Of a stretch of 64,000 bases of DNA, positions 9,657 to 18,777 are shown in pieces. The position numbers and the translations under genes are program-made. The notes beneath the pieces are model-generated. The model ran no database searches and was not told where the DNA came from. It saw only the letters and a list, made by a program, of their open reading frames with translations. Position 1 is the stretch's first letter; each line of letters begins with the position of its first letter. This DNA comes from a virus, in the IMG/VR virus record IMGVR_UViG_3300046804_001782, positions 12,481-76,480 of that record; one strand, given 5' to 3'.

Positions 9657-11084
9657 TCAGTCAAGATTTATCACATCTTGTATAAAACGATCTGTATGTT
9701 TTCGATCTAATCCCCCACCGGGTAATTGCCGTGCCGTTTCTCCTGCCTTGGAACCAAACAACCGTGATAAAACCCCGCTACTTGCTCGTGCTTCTACCTC
9801 AAGTCTTACCATATCCCTAGTATCTGATATGTTTTTAAACTTATCAATAAGGCTGAACAATCTGTCCATCTCGGATGACAGGGCTGGATCCAATCCCTGC
9901 CCTTCCAGTTCTTCAGCGAACCGGGCGAACAAAACACGACTTGCTTGCATCTCAATCATGGCTTGAAGCGTGGCCATGAGTTGGTCTTTAGTACGTATCT
10001 CCACGGGGAGTTTGTACCCACAATCTGAATGTTCCTTGAATGCAGGGCAACGGGAGGACAGATAGCAATTATCGCACTGACGCACAGGGCTTGAGTTGTA
10101 GCGTATAACAGGCACCTCTTGGGGATCAATTTCTATTGATTCTCCCTGCTCAGTATCAGTAAATGAACCTGCTGTAACGATACGTTCTATACCCATTACC
10201 GGTAGCAATAAGCGTTCTTCGTCGTGCCGCTTTTCTAATGGGGCGATAGTAATACTTGACCTACGAGAATCCACAGGAAGGCGGGTATCTATTTCTTGGT
10301 CGATAGTAATTATCTCATCCCCAAACGTGTCACTAAACTCATCCTCATCGTCACCGTTTTCGGGGTCATAGGCCGAAAGGTTGCGTACTTCGTATTGTTG
10401 CCACGACTTTATGGCAAGACTACCTATGGTGCTTACGTTGTCTTCTAACACCTCGTTATAGTCGATACCAAGTCGTATAATATCTGCTCTATGCTTTTTT
10501 CTACTGGATTCTTTTTGCTGGGCTGGATACCGTCGAAGACCGTGACCATCCCATACTTGGGTTTCACCGTAACGGATGGTACTTGTCCACGATGTGACCA
10601 CGACGGCTTCCCAAGGGAGAGCCTCTATGATCTCAACCTTACTTGTCAGTCCGATGAGTACTGCTCCCCAGCGTTGAGAGAGCGACCTAATTCTTGGTAA
10701 TGTTTTTGAATTAATCGCTTTATCAGATATGGCCACCCGTCCATACCGCTGGCAGATGTATGCCAACCTCTCTAAATCTTGATCATCAGACCATACGGGA
10801 ACATACTTTTCCCCTAGCCAATCGCCATCCATATCTGGTCGCCCTATTACAATGTCTATATTGTCGGCGTGTTCCCGTATGAAATCGGAATACCGGTTTA
10901 CGTCCTCGTCACCTTCTGAGGTGTACACGAGAATGGAAGATGATCCAAAAGTTCCAGTTATAGTGAATTCTTTAATCTTTGGTATTGCTAGTTGGGTTAT
11001 GTTTACAGCGATGTTTTCTACATTATTGTGAGAAAGCAGACTCCTGTGCGAACCCTTTTCTCCACCACCTAGATAGACTCTCAT
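9657..11084 (-). CDS. Conserved phage protein: possibly degenerate TGT/DpdA-like barrel plus a C-terminal Cys cluster
   Basis: VPVW, RVAI, LIGLT...TSW...RYG pattern; CDNC-x5-C-x8-C. Confidence 0.45.
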   Translation of the reverse strand: MRVYLGGGEKGSHRSLLSHNNVENIAVNITQLAIPKIKEFTITGTFGSSSILVYTSEGDEDVNRYSDFIREHADNIDIVIGRPDMDGDWLGEKYVPVWSDDQDLERLAYICQRYGRVAISDKAINSKTLPRIRSLSQRWGAVLIGLTSKVEIIEALPWEAVVVTSWTSTIRYGETQVWDGHGLRRYPAQQKESSRKKHRADIIRLGIDYNEVLEDNVSTIGSLAIKSWQQYEVRNLSAYDPENGDDEDEFSDTFGDEIITIDQEIDTRLPVDSRRSSITIAPLEKRHDEERLLLPVMGIERIVTAGSFTDTEQGESIEIDPQEVPVIRYNSSPVRQCDNCYLSSRCPAFKEHSDCGYKLPVEIRTKDQLMATLQAMIEMQASRVLFARFAEELEGQGLDPALSSEMDRLFSLIDKFKNISDTRDMVRLEVEARASSGVLSRLFGSKAGETARQLPGGGLDRKHTDRFIQDVINLD

Positions 11085-11557
11085 TCTACCTCTCTCCAGT
11101 TTTTATCAGAGGCTTTCATGGCCTGATCATCAAGTTCTTTGGTGAGAGTGTCCCATGTTTTGAGTTCTCTAGTACCTGCCCACTCCGGTCTAATTATGTA
11201 AGGAGAGGCAACTAGGAGGGTAGGGATACCGCGTTTGAGGGTTTCAGCACATACTCGGGCATCGTTATCAACGTACCATTTTGCTCTGCCCCAAATTCCA
11301 GATATTGTATGTATTCTCTCAGCCCTTAATACAGGGTCTTTAAAATCTATAAACTCGTACATTGCGGCTTTAAAAGACTCACGACGCAACCATTGTTCAA
11401 AGAGTTCTTTGTCATAATCCTGATTGACTATAAGACAGATACGTCCCAGTTCTTTATCATGGAACATGTTCCAGATGGAACGACCATCGGAGTCTGGTTG
11501 ACGTTGGCCTATTTGATCAGCCGGTTTAGCAATAACGTCAAAGTTAAAAATAATCAT
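11081..11557 (-). CDS. Hypothetical protein, possibly degenerate HAD fold
   Basis: IIFNFDV N-terminus; WYVDND; GIPTLLV. Confidence 0.5.
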   Translation of the reverse strand: MIIFNFDVIAKPADQIGQRQPDSDGRSIWNMFHDKELGRICLIVNQDYDKELFEQWLRRESFKAAMYEFIDFKDPVLRAERIHTISGIWGRAKWYVDNDARVCAETLKRGIPTLLVASPYIIRPEWAGTRELKTWDTLTKELDDQAMKASDKNWREVE

Positions 11558-12012
11558 CAGGCATACATGCCCTTAGCCTTGCGGTTCTTATGAATAACAT
11601 AAGCACTTGCTGGGCAGTAATGGCATAGGTACTGACGATTCTCTTTAGGAACACCAATACGCCTACCGATAGTCTTAGAATCGTCTTCATAGTCTGGACA
11701 ATTGTTACTAGGGCGATTGTGTCTGTTAAAGCAACTGAGTGCTTCTACTTTCAAATCCTGCCGCAGTTCACGAATATCCCACTCGTTCTTCATAAGTTCA
11801 TTACGAACCTGTGTTTCGTCCCCCAACTTATCCCAAGTTTCCTGATCGCAGCGGAAAATAAGACCTTTGTGGGCCTCTGGGTTAGGGTCTTTAGACTGGT
11901 GTAGGTGTCGATTGATAAGTTCAATCAACTCCATGTCATACTCAGCAGGACCGTCGTAGTCATGCATACGAAACATAACACCACATGATTTACAGGCTAG
12001 AAGCCTAGGCAT
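11557..12012 (-). CDS. Hypothetical Cys/His-rich protein
   Basis: CKSC, H..H, C..H..C, CHYC; GGGAG RBS. Confidence 0.7.
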   Translation of the reverse strand: MPRLLACKSCGVMFRMHDYDGPAEYDMELIELINRHLHQSKDPNPEAHKGLIFRCDQETWDKLGDETQVRNELMKNEWDIRELRQDLKVEALSCFNRHNRPSNNCPDYEDDSKTIGRRIGVPKENRQYLCHYCPASAYVIHKNRKAKGMYA

Positions 12013-12036
12013 TTTGTACTCCCTATTTATTTGTTA

Positions 12037-12255
12037 TTAGTATCCGTACGTTCCCGAACCAGAAGAAATCTTTCCTAAAAGACCACGCTCGCTGTCGGTA
12101 ATTCCATATTGTTGCTGTAGCGTAGCATACCGCTCGTACAAATCGTGCAGTTCTACTGAACCTCCCCTATCTGGGGATAGGTTTTTACAACACCCATCGT
12201 GGATGCCAGCCTGTAAATCTTCATTCATGGAACGTGTGTTGTTTACTGCCATCAC
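12037..12255 (-). CDS. Hypothetical protein
   Basis: AAGGA RBS; GTGA overlap. Confidence 0.6.
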   Translation of the reverse strand: MMAVNNTRSMNEDLQAGIHDGCCKNLSPDRGGSVELHDLYERYATLQQQYGITDSERGLLGKISSGSGTYGY

Positions 12256-13133
12256 ATATCCTTACTCGTTGGGGGGTTTTCTTTATCTTTGGCGGTGTTA
12301 CGCTTACGCGCTATGCCTGCGTCACTACGCGTCTTTTTTGTATCATCAGCATTCGTCTTTTGTTCTTGTGGACTATCCTCAAGAAACGCTTGCATAGGCG
12401 ATATTTGAGGACCACGTGGATAGACACTAACTGGTGCTGGGGCCATCCGAGGACCGGGAGTAGGAGCCATAACATGACCTGCGGTCATCTTTGGTGTTGC
12501 TGTTACGTCGCGACCAATTATGTAACTAAGAACATGATTCTCATGTGCTTGTTTTTTTTGTGCTTGTACGCGTTCAGCCATTTCGTTAATTGCTGGTAAA
12601 CCTTTATGTACTTGCTCTTGCATCTGCCTATCCCAAAGAACAGACGGCGGTGCGTCGGCTTCTATATCGCTATGTGGAGGAACGTAATACCAATCAACTT
12701 CCCAAGGGTGGTCATATTTGCCGCTCATCCACTCTTGGTCCTGTCGCATACGTTCTGCCAAGCGTCGTTTATGTTGTTTAACATTTGAACGATTCTGTGC
12801 GTATGCTCCAAGCAATGATCCTACAGTCTCACTAGGGGTTAGACGACTGCGTGATGATGCTGGGGTGTGCATACGGCCTATTCCGTAGCCTTCATGCCAA
12901 GGGCGATTAAATGTGGGTGAAATAGGAGCGCGAGAGTATGGCATCCGTCTACTGGATACGGAACCGTGTGGCAATGTAGCACTAGTTTCTTGCACTAACT
13001 TCCTACCATAACCCTGATCTCTTAAAAGAGGGGTTGGTGATGTTTGAGTAATGCGGTATCTTGTACCAATAGATCCATAGTTATTTGGATCCTGCATTGT
13101 CATATATTCTTTTAATACTTCATCGGCTTTCAT
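12252..13133 (-). CDS. Hypothetical low-complexity protein
   Basis: GAGGA RBS before ATG 13133. Confidence 0.6.
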   Translation of the reverse strand: MKADEVLKEYMTMQDPNNYGSIGTRYRITQTSPTPLLRDQGYGRKLVQETSATLPHGSVSSRRMPYSRAPISPTFNRPWHEGYGIGRMHTPASSRSRLTPSETVGSLLGAYAQNRSNVKQHKRRLAERMRQDQEWMSGKYDHPWEVDWYYVPPHSDIEADAPPSVLWDRQMQEQVHKGLPAINEMAERVQAQKKQAHENHVLSYIIGRDVTATPKMTAGHVMAPTPGPRMAPAPVSVYPRGPQISPMQAFLEDSPQEQKTNADDTKKTRSDAGIARKRNTAKDKENPPTSKDM

Positions 13134-13143
13134 ACTGCTGTCC

Positions 13144-13437
13144 TCATGACCATAGTGCGCCCATAGAGTACCGTCCACTACCCATATACTCGTCATCAGT
13201 AAAACTTGATTCCATTACTGGCATACCGGAGAGCCATGAACGGTTTGTTGCTACATACCGGTCTATATTCATAACGGTATTGATATCCAACACTTGCTTA
13301 CTGAACCCCATTCGGGGTGGAAACGGATCCTGTGGATGCATGGGACGTAGTTGGCGAATCGTTTCTGGGTCGCTAGTAGCAGCCTCTAAGGCCCTGTCTA
13401 CTTGAAACTCTTGAAAGGATTGCCACGGCTTTGGCAT
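13144..13437 (-). CDS. Hypothetical protein (MPKPWQS...)
   Basis: Start trimmed to avoid overlap with the upstream gene. Confidence 0.6.
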   Translation of the reverse strand: MPKPWQSFQEFQVDRALEAATSDPETIRQLRPMHPQDPFPPRMGFSKQVLDINTVMNIDRYVATNRSWLSGMPVMESSFTDDEYMGSGRYSMGALWS

Positions 13438-13441
13438 TTTA

Positions 13442-13612
13442 TCAGAAGCGGCTTTCTTGGATACCGGCGTAGAATGAATAGGATTCTGGAATGCGTTGGT
13501 ATGTAGCGTAAGGATCACCCACAGTGACTTTTGCGTCACCTAGGTACATTCCATAACTCATTCCTACATTAGAATCGTAGTTAAGTTCATTACCAAAGTT
13601 ATCTTCATTCAT
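13442..13612 (-). CDS. Hypothetical protein
   Basis: GGAGG RBS before ATG 13612. Confidence 0.55.
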   Translation of the reverse strand: MNEDNFGNELNYDSNVGMSYGMYLGDAKVTVGDPYATYQRIPESYSFYAGIQESRF

Positions 13613-13617
13613 AATCA

Positions 13618-14112
13618 CTACCTCCAAGGTGGTGCTAGTGTTTTCAACATACTTCTACGTTGCTTGTCTATGATCTCTTTTTGAGGTCTGTCTGGACCAC
13701 GCGGAATGCCACGTGGTCCAGACTTACCATCGTTGGTAAGCCGTACTGGTTCTGCTCCGGGTGGAGAAAACTTCTTTCCTTCAGACTCCAATTGTATACC
13801 AGTTAAGAGGTTAAATTCTTTAGGCCATACATAATCACCCGGATTTATTCGCTCTCCTTTATGCACGCCTCTGCTATACGAACGTTTGTTTTGGCGAGCA
13901 ACAGCATCAAGCATTTTATCTTGACGGCGATTTGATGACATCGTACCAAGATAACCATCTGGATAAGATGTGTCTGGTGAGGCACCAAAGGCCGCTAACA
14001 TCCTGTCTTTTGGACTACGAAAAGAAGGAGCGGGACCCAACAGGGGTGCGGTTTCTCCACTATAAGGATCGTACCCACCACTCCAGTTGTTAAATGTTTG
14101 CTGATTAGCCAT
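13618..14112 (-). CDS. Hypothetical protein (YPDGYLG / GVHKGERI motifs)
   Basis: 164-aa ORF abutting the upstream microgene. Confidence 0.7.
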   Translation of the reverse strand: MANQQTFNNWSGGYDPYSGETAPLLGPAPSFRSPKDRMLAAFGASPDTSYPDGYLGTMSSNRRQDKMLDAVARQNKRSYSRGVHKGERINPGDYVWPKEFNLLTGIQLESEGKKFSPPGAEPVRLTNDGKSGPRGIPRGPDRPQKEIIDKQRRSMLKTLAPPWR

Positions 14113-14253
14113 TTATCGTGTCTGTCCTGAGGATTGACCAAAACTTGATAGCAGACCGCCCTGACCGCCACCCACATTGGAGATGGGTTTAATACTGTCA
14201 GCCTTCGTAGAAGTCTTCTTCTTCTTCGTACCTTTCTTTTTTGCGGTCGGCAT
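14113..14253 (-). CDS. Lys-rich microprotein (46 aa), absent from the ORF track
   Basis: MPTAKKKGTKKKKTSTK...GQTR*; TAA directly abuts the next ATG. Confidence 0.5.
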   Translation of the reverse strand: MPTAKKKGTKKKKTSTKADSIKPISNVGGGQGGLLSSFGQSSGQTR

Positions 14254-14353
14254 TCTTTCGCTTCTTTCCACGTTGGTACATTTCGTTTACAGAGTAAGCG
14301 TAAGGATCAAAGTCGTCCTCTTCCCACTTATCATAATTTCTTAACTTTGTCAT
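14198..14353 (-). CDS. Acidic microprotein (51 aa), absent from the ORF track
   Basis: MTKLRNYDKWEEDDF...EEEEDFYEG*; -10-like hexamer 6 nt upstream. Confidence 0.5.
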   Translation of the reverse strand: MTKLRNYDKWEEDDFDPYAYSVNEMYQRGKKRKNADRKKERYEEEEDFYEG

Positions 14354-14373
14354 ATCTTTATATTACTAGTTTA

Positions 14374-14658
14374 TCACTCACGGACTACGGGTTTGAAAGA
14401 CATCGCAGATATGGTGGAACCATCTTCTCCAGTTATGTCATCAAAACCAATCACATACACAACATCAATGCCGCGTGGGGCAACAAAACCACGAGCAATA
14501 GCACAAGCCTTAACTGCTTGGTTTACTGCGCTGGCCCCTATGGCTCGTATTCGCGGAGACTGGCCTGCTACAACGCTACGGGCAACAATAGAACCAACAC
14601 TTTGTGGATTGCTGCTTCCAGAAACCTTGATAATATCTTCTGCATTTGTGTTTGTCAT
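14374..14658 (-). CDS. spoVS: Stage V sporulation protein S homolog (Alba-like fold)
   Basis: IKVS..SNP.SV, RAIGASAVNQAVKACAIARGFVAP.GID; AGGAG RBS. Confidence 0.92.
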   Translation of the reverse strand: MTNTNAEDIIKVSGSSNPQSVGSIVARSVVAGQSPRIRAIGASAVNQAVKACAIARGFVAPRGIDVVYVIGFDDITGEDGSTISAMSFKPVVRE

Positions 14659-14702
14659 TTTATTCTCCTAAAGGCTCAAGTTATACAAACAACTTAAGTA
14701 TT

Positions 14703-15068
14703 TTAGAAGAAACCACCTACCTTTAGTAGGTCAATAAGATCGTCAAGACGCATAACAGCATAATTATCACCAATGGCTGCTTTACCCTTACCAATGCGTT
14801 TAACAACAAGCACAGGAAGACCGTCACCCAGTCTGTCTGCCTGTTCTACTGTGGCGTTAAGCCAACCGCTAAGGTCATGAGACTTCTGGTTTTTACATTG
14901 TATAGCAACCTTCTTACCAGTAAGACCGTTGCGTATACCATTTATGTCACCAGTGTCTTCACCAGACTTGAGAGCGGTTCTATGTGCATCAAGAAAACCA
15001 GACTCGTTAAGGTAGTCCTTGATGAGGGTTTCAAACGAGGTTCCTTTTTGTTTCGCTTTATTAGCCAC
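14703..15068 (-). CDS. Holliday junction resolvase (Hjc-like PD-(D/E)xK)
   Basis: KQKGTSFE, DTGDI, IQCKN. Confidence 0.8.
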   Translation of the reverse strand: MANKAKQKGTSFETLIKDYLNESGFLDAHRTALKSGEDTGDINGIRNGLTGKKVAIQCKNQKSHDLSGWLNATVEQADRLGDGLPVLVVKRIGKGKAAIGDNYAVMRLDDLIDLLKVGGFF

Positions 15069-15366
15069 GGAAAGCCTCATCGTATGAATTAAGGACCGTA
15101 TCCCATTCATCCTCAGTAACAAAACCAGACTCACTACGACGCATGACATCTACCGTACTGGTCAACATAGTACGCAGTCGTTCAATCTCATCGGCGGCTC
15201 TTGTAAGCAAATCTGAACCATACACTAAGACCTTAAACTGTGGAGCACGTGCCCTACACTCTTCTACAACATCACCGGGAAATGAAGGTTGTTGACTACG
15301 TGTTGACCGGTTGGCACAATAATCACAGGGCATAGGCCAACCGCAATAAGAACAAGTTTCTTTCAT
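15061..15366 (-). CDS. Hypothetical protein
   Basis: CxxC..CxxC; AADEIERLR. Confidence 0.6.
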   Translation of the reverse strand: MKETCSYCGWPMPCDYCANRSTRSQQPSFPGDVVEECRARAPQFKVLVYGSDLLTRAADEIERLRTMLTSTVDVMRRSESGFVTEDEWDTVLNSYDEAFRG

Positions 15367-16019
15367 GGTGCCACTCTACCATGTGCTACCCATGCTTCGT
15401 ATGTATGAGGCATTTTATTAGCGAAATGTAGTTCCACATCATTTGCATACTGCCTTATTTCTGCTTGAGCATTTTTATCAGTACGCAGTGATAAAAAGTT
15501 CATAAGACTTCTAGCGTTTACTGTCCAATAGAATTCAGTAAAAGTACCCATAGGCAAAACAGTTCGTGCTATCTCTTTAGCAACACCAATACTAAGTAAG
15601 TATTTGTACGTTCTATAGGAGTGATCATTTGCTTCGTAGATAGTGTCAGCCGCTTCTTTTTGAATATCATAAGGCAGTGGCTCAAAGACATAAGAACCCG
15701 GCTTTCCAACCTGTGTACGCACGGAAAGCACTTCAGGTACCCATGCTCCCGGTTCTACTTCTGTGTACCTAGCACTAAACTCATTAAACGAACCAATACG
15801 ATGTCTGAACCACTCCCTTGCTACAAAGATAGGACAACGAACGTGGAAACGGAAAGCGTTATGTTCAAAGGGAGTACCGTGACGCTCTCTCATTAAAAAT
15901 TCTATGAGTTTGACATCACCATCATCTAGATAACTTTTTTGTTTACCAAAGGATACTCGGGCTGAATTAACCACCGACAGGTCGTCAGCCATACATGCGT
16001 CAAGATGTACAAAAGTCAT
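15363..16019 (-). CDS. thyX: Flavin-dependent thymidylate synthase
   Basis: ARVSF, HGTPFEH, RHR-x7-SARY, AQAEIR. Confidence 0.95.
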   Translation of the reverse strand: MTFVHLDACMADDLSVVNSARVSFGKQKSYLDDGDVKLIEFLMRERHGTPFEHNAFRFHVRCPIFVAREWFRHRIGSFNEFSARYTEVEPGAWVPEVLSVRTQVGKPGSYVFEPLPYDIQKEAADTIYEANDHSYRTYKYLLSIGVAKEIARTVLPMGTFTEFYWTVNARSLMNFLSLRTDKNAQAEIRQYANDVELHFANKMPHTYEAWVAHGRVAP

Positions 16020-16519
16020 GCGTTAAACCTCAACCCTCTATTATCTCTTGGTGCTGCTGATATACGGCGGCTCAATTCCCGTGATAGCAATTGAGCACCT
16101 CGTTCGCACCTATCAAATACAGATTCAACTAACTTTCTGTAGGCACGGGCTTCAAGGTGAGTATTCTGCTGCGATACGACACGTGAGTCAATATCACGAC
16201 GTGCCTTAGCAATAGTAACCCGGTCACCCTTGGCATCTGCACCCCACTGTTCGATTAGCACCTTTGCTTCTATCAATCGACAGTTATTGGCTTCTCTCTC
16301 TTCTGATACTTCTGCTAAAACCATATCGGCCTTAGCATATGAAACCCATGCCATAAACTTTGTGTACAACTCCATCAAGTCAGAGTCAGATAGGTCATCC
16401 AAGTATTGTGGCATCTCTGGAATATCATTATCTGGCTTGTCTGGGAGAGAGAATTTCATTGTGAATCGTTGTTCAGCATCTTGAACTGGATCGTTATTCC
16501 TGTGGAGTACTCTTGCCAT
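16016..16519 (-). CDS. Helical hypothetical protein (UvsY-like recombination mediator candidate)
   Basis: All-helical, ends LSRELSRR; lies next to the nuclease and RecA. Confidence 0.5.
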   Translation of the reverse strand: MARVLHRNNDPVQDAEQRFTMKFSLPDKPDNDIPEMPQYLDDLSDSDLMELYTKFMAWVSYAKADMVLAEVSEEREANNCRLIEAKVLIEQWGADAKGDRVTIAKARRDIDSRVVSQQNTHLEARAYRKLVESVFDRCERGAQLLSRELSRRISAAPRDNRGLRFNA

Positions 16520-17381
16520 TCCAACAGACCTCCTTGTAGGGACAGAATCTACAACCATTACACTTATCGTTGGTCGCCCATTCAGGACGTTCAGGAACTG
16601 TGTCACTCTCAAGATGCGACATGACTATTTTACAGTTATTAAGTACTTCGGTAATTTGCTCTGGTTGATACCGAACTTCAAACTCTTTTACCTGCTGTGT
16701 CGGTTTCCACTCATAGATAAATATGATCGTGTCAATCTTTCGACAGTGCATGTAAAGGTTGCCTTGTCGTAGATGAGAAGGAAATGGGGTCTTGATACTG
16801 TCCCAGAGTCCATCAATGGTTAATTCGTTGTTGGCGTATGCCTCATACAGAGAAGGCTTCTCCCAGCGAACGGTACCTACACCTACCGACTTAATCTCAA
16901 TAAGGGCACGGCCTTTTTCATCCTCAATTTCACCATCAGCGTGCCCAATAATATGGTGCTCATCGTCACGCAAAGGAACTTCGCGATACCGAATACGCTT
17001 AGAAGAGCATAGAATGCACTCAGTTGGCGACTTTGCGTTCCACATGTTGTCGCACTCATCACAAGCCCAAACACCCCAAAGAACACCGGCATTGTGTAAC
17101 CAGTTTTGCCATTTCCTGTGGATATTATTACCTTCTTCAAAAACATTGAGTCTGGAAAAGGAATAGTTTTCTTGAGCCTCTTGATACTTCTTTATCTTGT
17201 ACCACGCACTGCGTGTGCAGAAATGACGCTTTGATAGTTCGCTAGGATGTAAGTAATTGGTATCCCTGTGTTGGTTTTTCTCACGATATTCCATCATGAG
17301 GGTTTTCTGAGCCAGAGGGATAACACGACCCTTAGTTTTCATTAACTTTTTGTAGTCTTTTAAATACCACGGCTGTGTCAT
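16494..17381 (-). CDS. Cas4-like PD-(D/E)xK exonuclease
   Basis: HPSE..C, GHADG, IEIKS, QGNLYM, CNGCRFCPYKEVC. Confidence 0.85.
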   Translation of the reverse strand: MTQPWYLKDYKKLMKTKGRVIPLAQKTLMMEYREKNQHRDTNYLHPSELSKRHFCTRSAWYKIKKYQEAQENYSFSRLNVFEEGNNIHRKWQNWLHNAGVLWGVWACDECDNMWNAKSPTECILCSSKRIRYREVPLRDDEHHIIGHADGEIEDEKGRALIEIKSVGVGTVRWEKPSLYEAYANNELTIDGLWDSIKTPFPSHLRQGNLYMHCRKIDTIIFIYEWKPTQQVKEFEVRYQPEQITEVLNNCKIVMSHLESDTVPERPEWATNDKCNGCRFCPYKEVCWNGKSTPQE

Positions 17382-17412
17382 TTATTAATTAAACTCACCA
17401 CAACTGGTTTGT

Positions 17413-17745
17413 TTACTCTCCAATCAGTTCAAGAAAGTCATCTTCTATCAAGACTACATAGGATTTTAGATTGATATCAAACTGAAGTACAGGGATACGG
17501 CTCTCAAGAATGGATCTTTTTTCAAGATCTCTTAGATCAACGGCTTTTATAGTATACGATTTAACATTGTCAGTAAACTTGTTTTCAATAAGAAACATTT
17601 CTGAACGTACATCATTCTTACGAAGCCATCCAGAACCTGACCCGGCGTTGCGACTACCCTTGTACTTGTCAGCGGTTCGTTCTTCTTGTTTCTTGCTTTT
17701 CTTATTAATGTATTTGCGGTCGTTGCTACTGTCACCAATGATCAT
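17413..17745 (-). CDS. Small PD-(D/E)xK endonuclease, resolvase-like
   Basis: KQE, GSGSG..KNDV, LIENK. Confidence 0.7.
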   Translation of the reverse strand: MIIGDSSNDRKYINKKSKKQEERTADKYKGSRNAGSGSGWLRKNDVRSEMFLIENKFTDNVKSYTIKAVDLRDLEKRSILESRIPVLQFDINLKSYVVLIEDDFLELIGE

Positions 17746-18764
17746 CGCAAGAAAACCTTTCTCGCCTCTTCAACAAGGGCATCCTTGAGATCTATCTCTG
17801 ACCTCACAGCAGCGATAAGTGCATCCTTACCTTGCCACTTACTATCGTTATAGGAATAATAAGCACCAGCACGCTTAATAATATCTGTGGAAATACAGAT
17901 GTTTACTACATCCTTAACGGTGTCATACTCTCCGAGTGAAAAGCCATTAGAATCTGCAAAGTAAAAGTCAACTACGGCAACCTGCTGAGGGCGGTAGGAC
18001 TTGTTCTTCAAAGTACGGGCCTTGACAGTCTGTCCTACTGCTTCGTCCTTTTCTTTGAGCCACTCATCTCGCTTAACCTCAACGCGAGTGAAGTAGTGGA
18101 AATTCTTAGCCTTGCCACCGGGAGTTGTACGGTTGTCACCGTACATGACACCAATCTTCTCACGCCACTGGTTAATGATAAGACCTGTACATGGTCGATC
18201 TTCTTGAATAAGGGATCGCTTCTGGGCCTTTCCTGATTTGCGGAAGAACTTGCCAGTAAGACGAGCACCTAGACCCATAGTGAACTCGTCCATCATCTTC
18301 TCTGCCTCATCACCCGGAACAAGTGCAGGTAGTGAATCAATCACGATGCAGTCAACGGCACGGTTGTCCAGAGCACGGATAACGAGGTCAAAGGCATGCT
18401 CCATTACATTCGTCTCTACCACCCATAGGCGTTCTAGATCAACACCAATGGCCTTGGCATACTGCGGAACGTATTCCTCAGCAGCAATCCACATAGCACA
18501 CCATTCCGGGTCAAGGGCTTGATTGGCGGCTATGGTCTTATAAGCCAAGGCTGTCTTACCACTGCTTTCATCGCCAATGATCTCTGACCATTGGTTTGCG
18601 GGCCAGCCACCACCAAGCATCAAGTCAAAAGCGAGAACACCTGTGGTAATCCGGGGTATTTCTTCTTTGACTTCACTGCCTCGTACAACAATGTCTTCAC
18701 CGTACTTCTTATTAATAGAAGTAATAATATATTCAAGAGTCTCACGACTCTCATTTTTTGACAC
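17742..18764 (-). CDS. recA: RecA recombinase
   Basis: GDESSGKT, VIDS, INQWREKIGVMYG..TTPGG, GAYYSY..QGK. Confidence 0.95.
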   Translation of the reverse strand: MSKNESRETLEYIITSINKKYGEDIVVRGSEVKEEIPRITTGVLAFDLMLGGGWPANQWSEIIGDESSGKTALAYKTIAANQALDPEWCAMWIAAEEYVPQYAKAIGVDLERLWVVETNVMEHAFDLVIRALDNRAVDCIVIDSLPALVPGDEAEKMMDEFTMGLGARLTGKFFRKSGKAQKRSLIQEDRPCTGLIINQWREKIGVMYGDNRTTPGGKAKNFHYFTRVEVKRDEWLKEKDEAVGQTVKARTLKNKSYRPQQVAVVDFYFADSNGFSLGEYDTVKDVVNICISTDIIKRAGAYYSYNDSKWQGKDALIAAVRSEIDLKDALVEEARKVFLR

Positions 18765-18777
18765 GTTAATCTCCTAA

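Noticed and set aside
16494-17381. Cas4-like gene as evidence of a CRISPR-Cas system
   Set aside because: No repeat-spacer array or other cas genes seen; stand-alone Cas4-like nucleases are common in phage recombination modules
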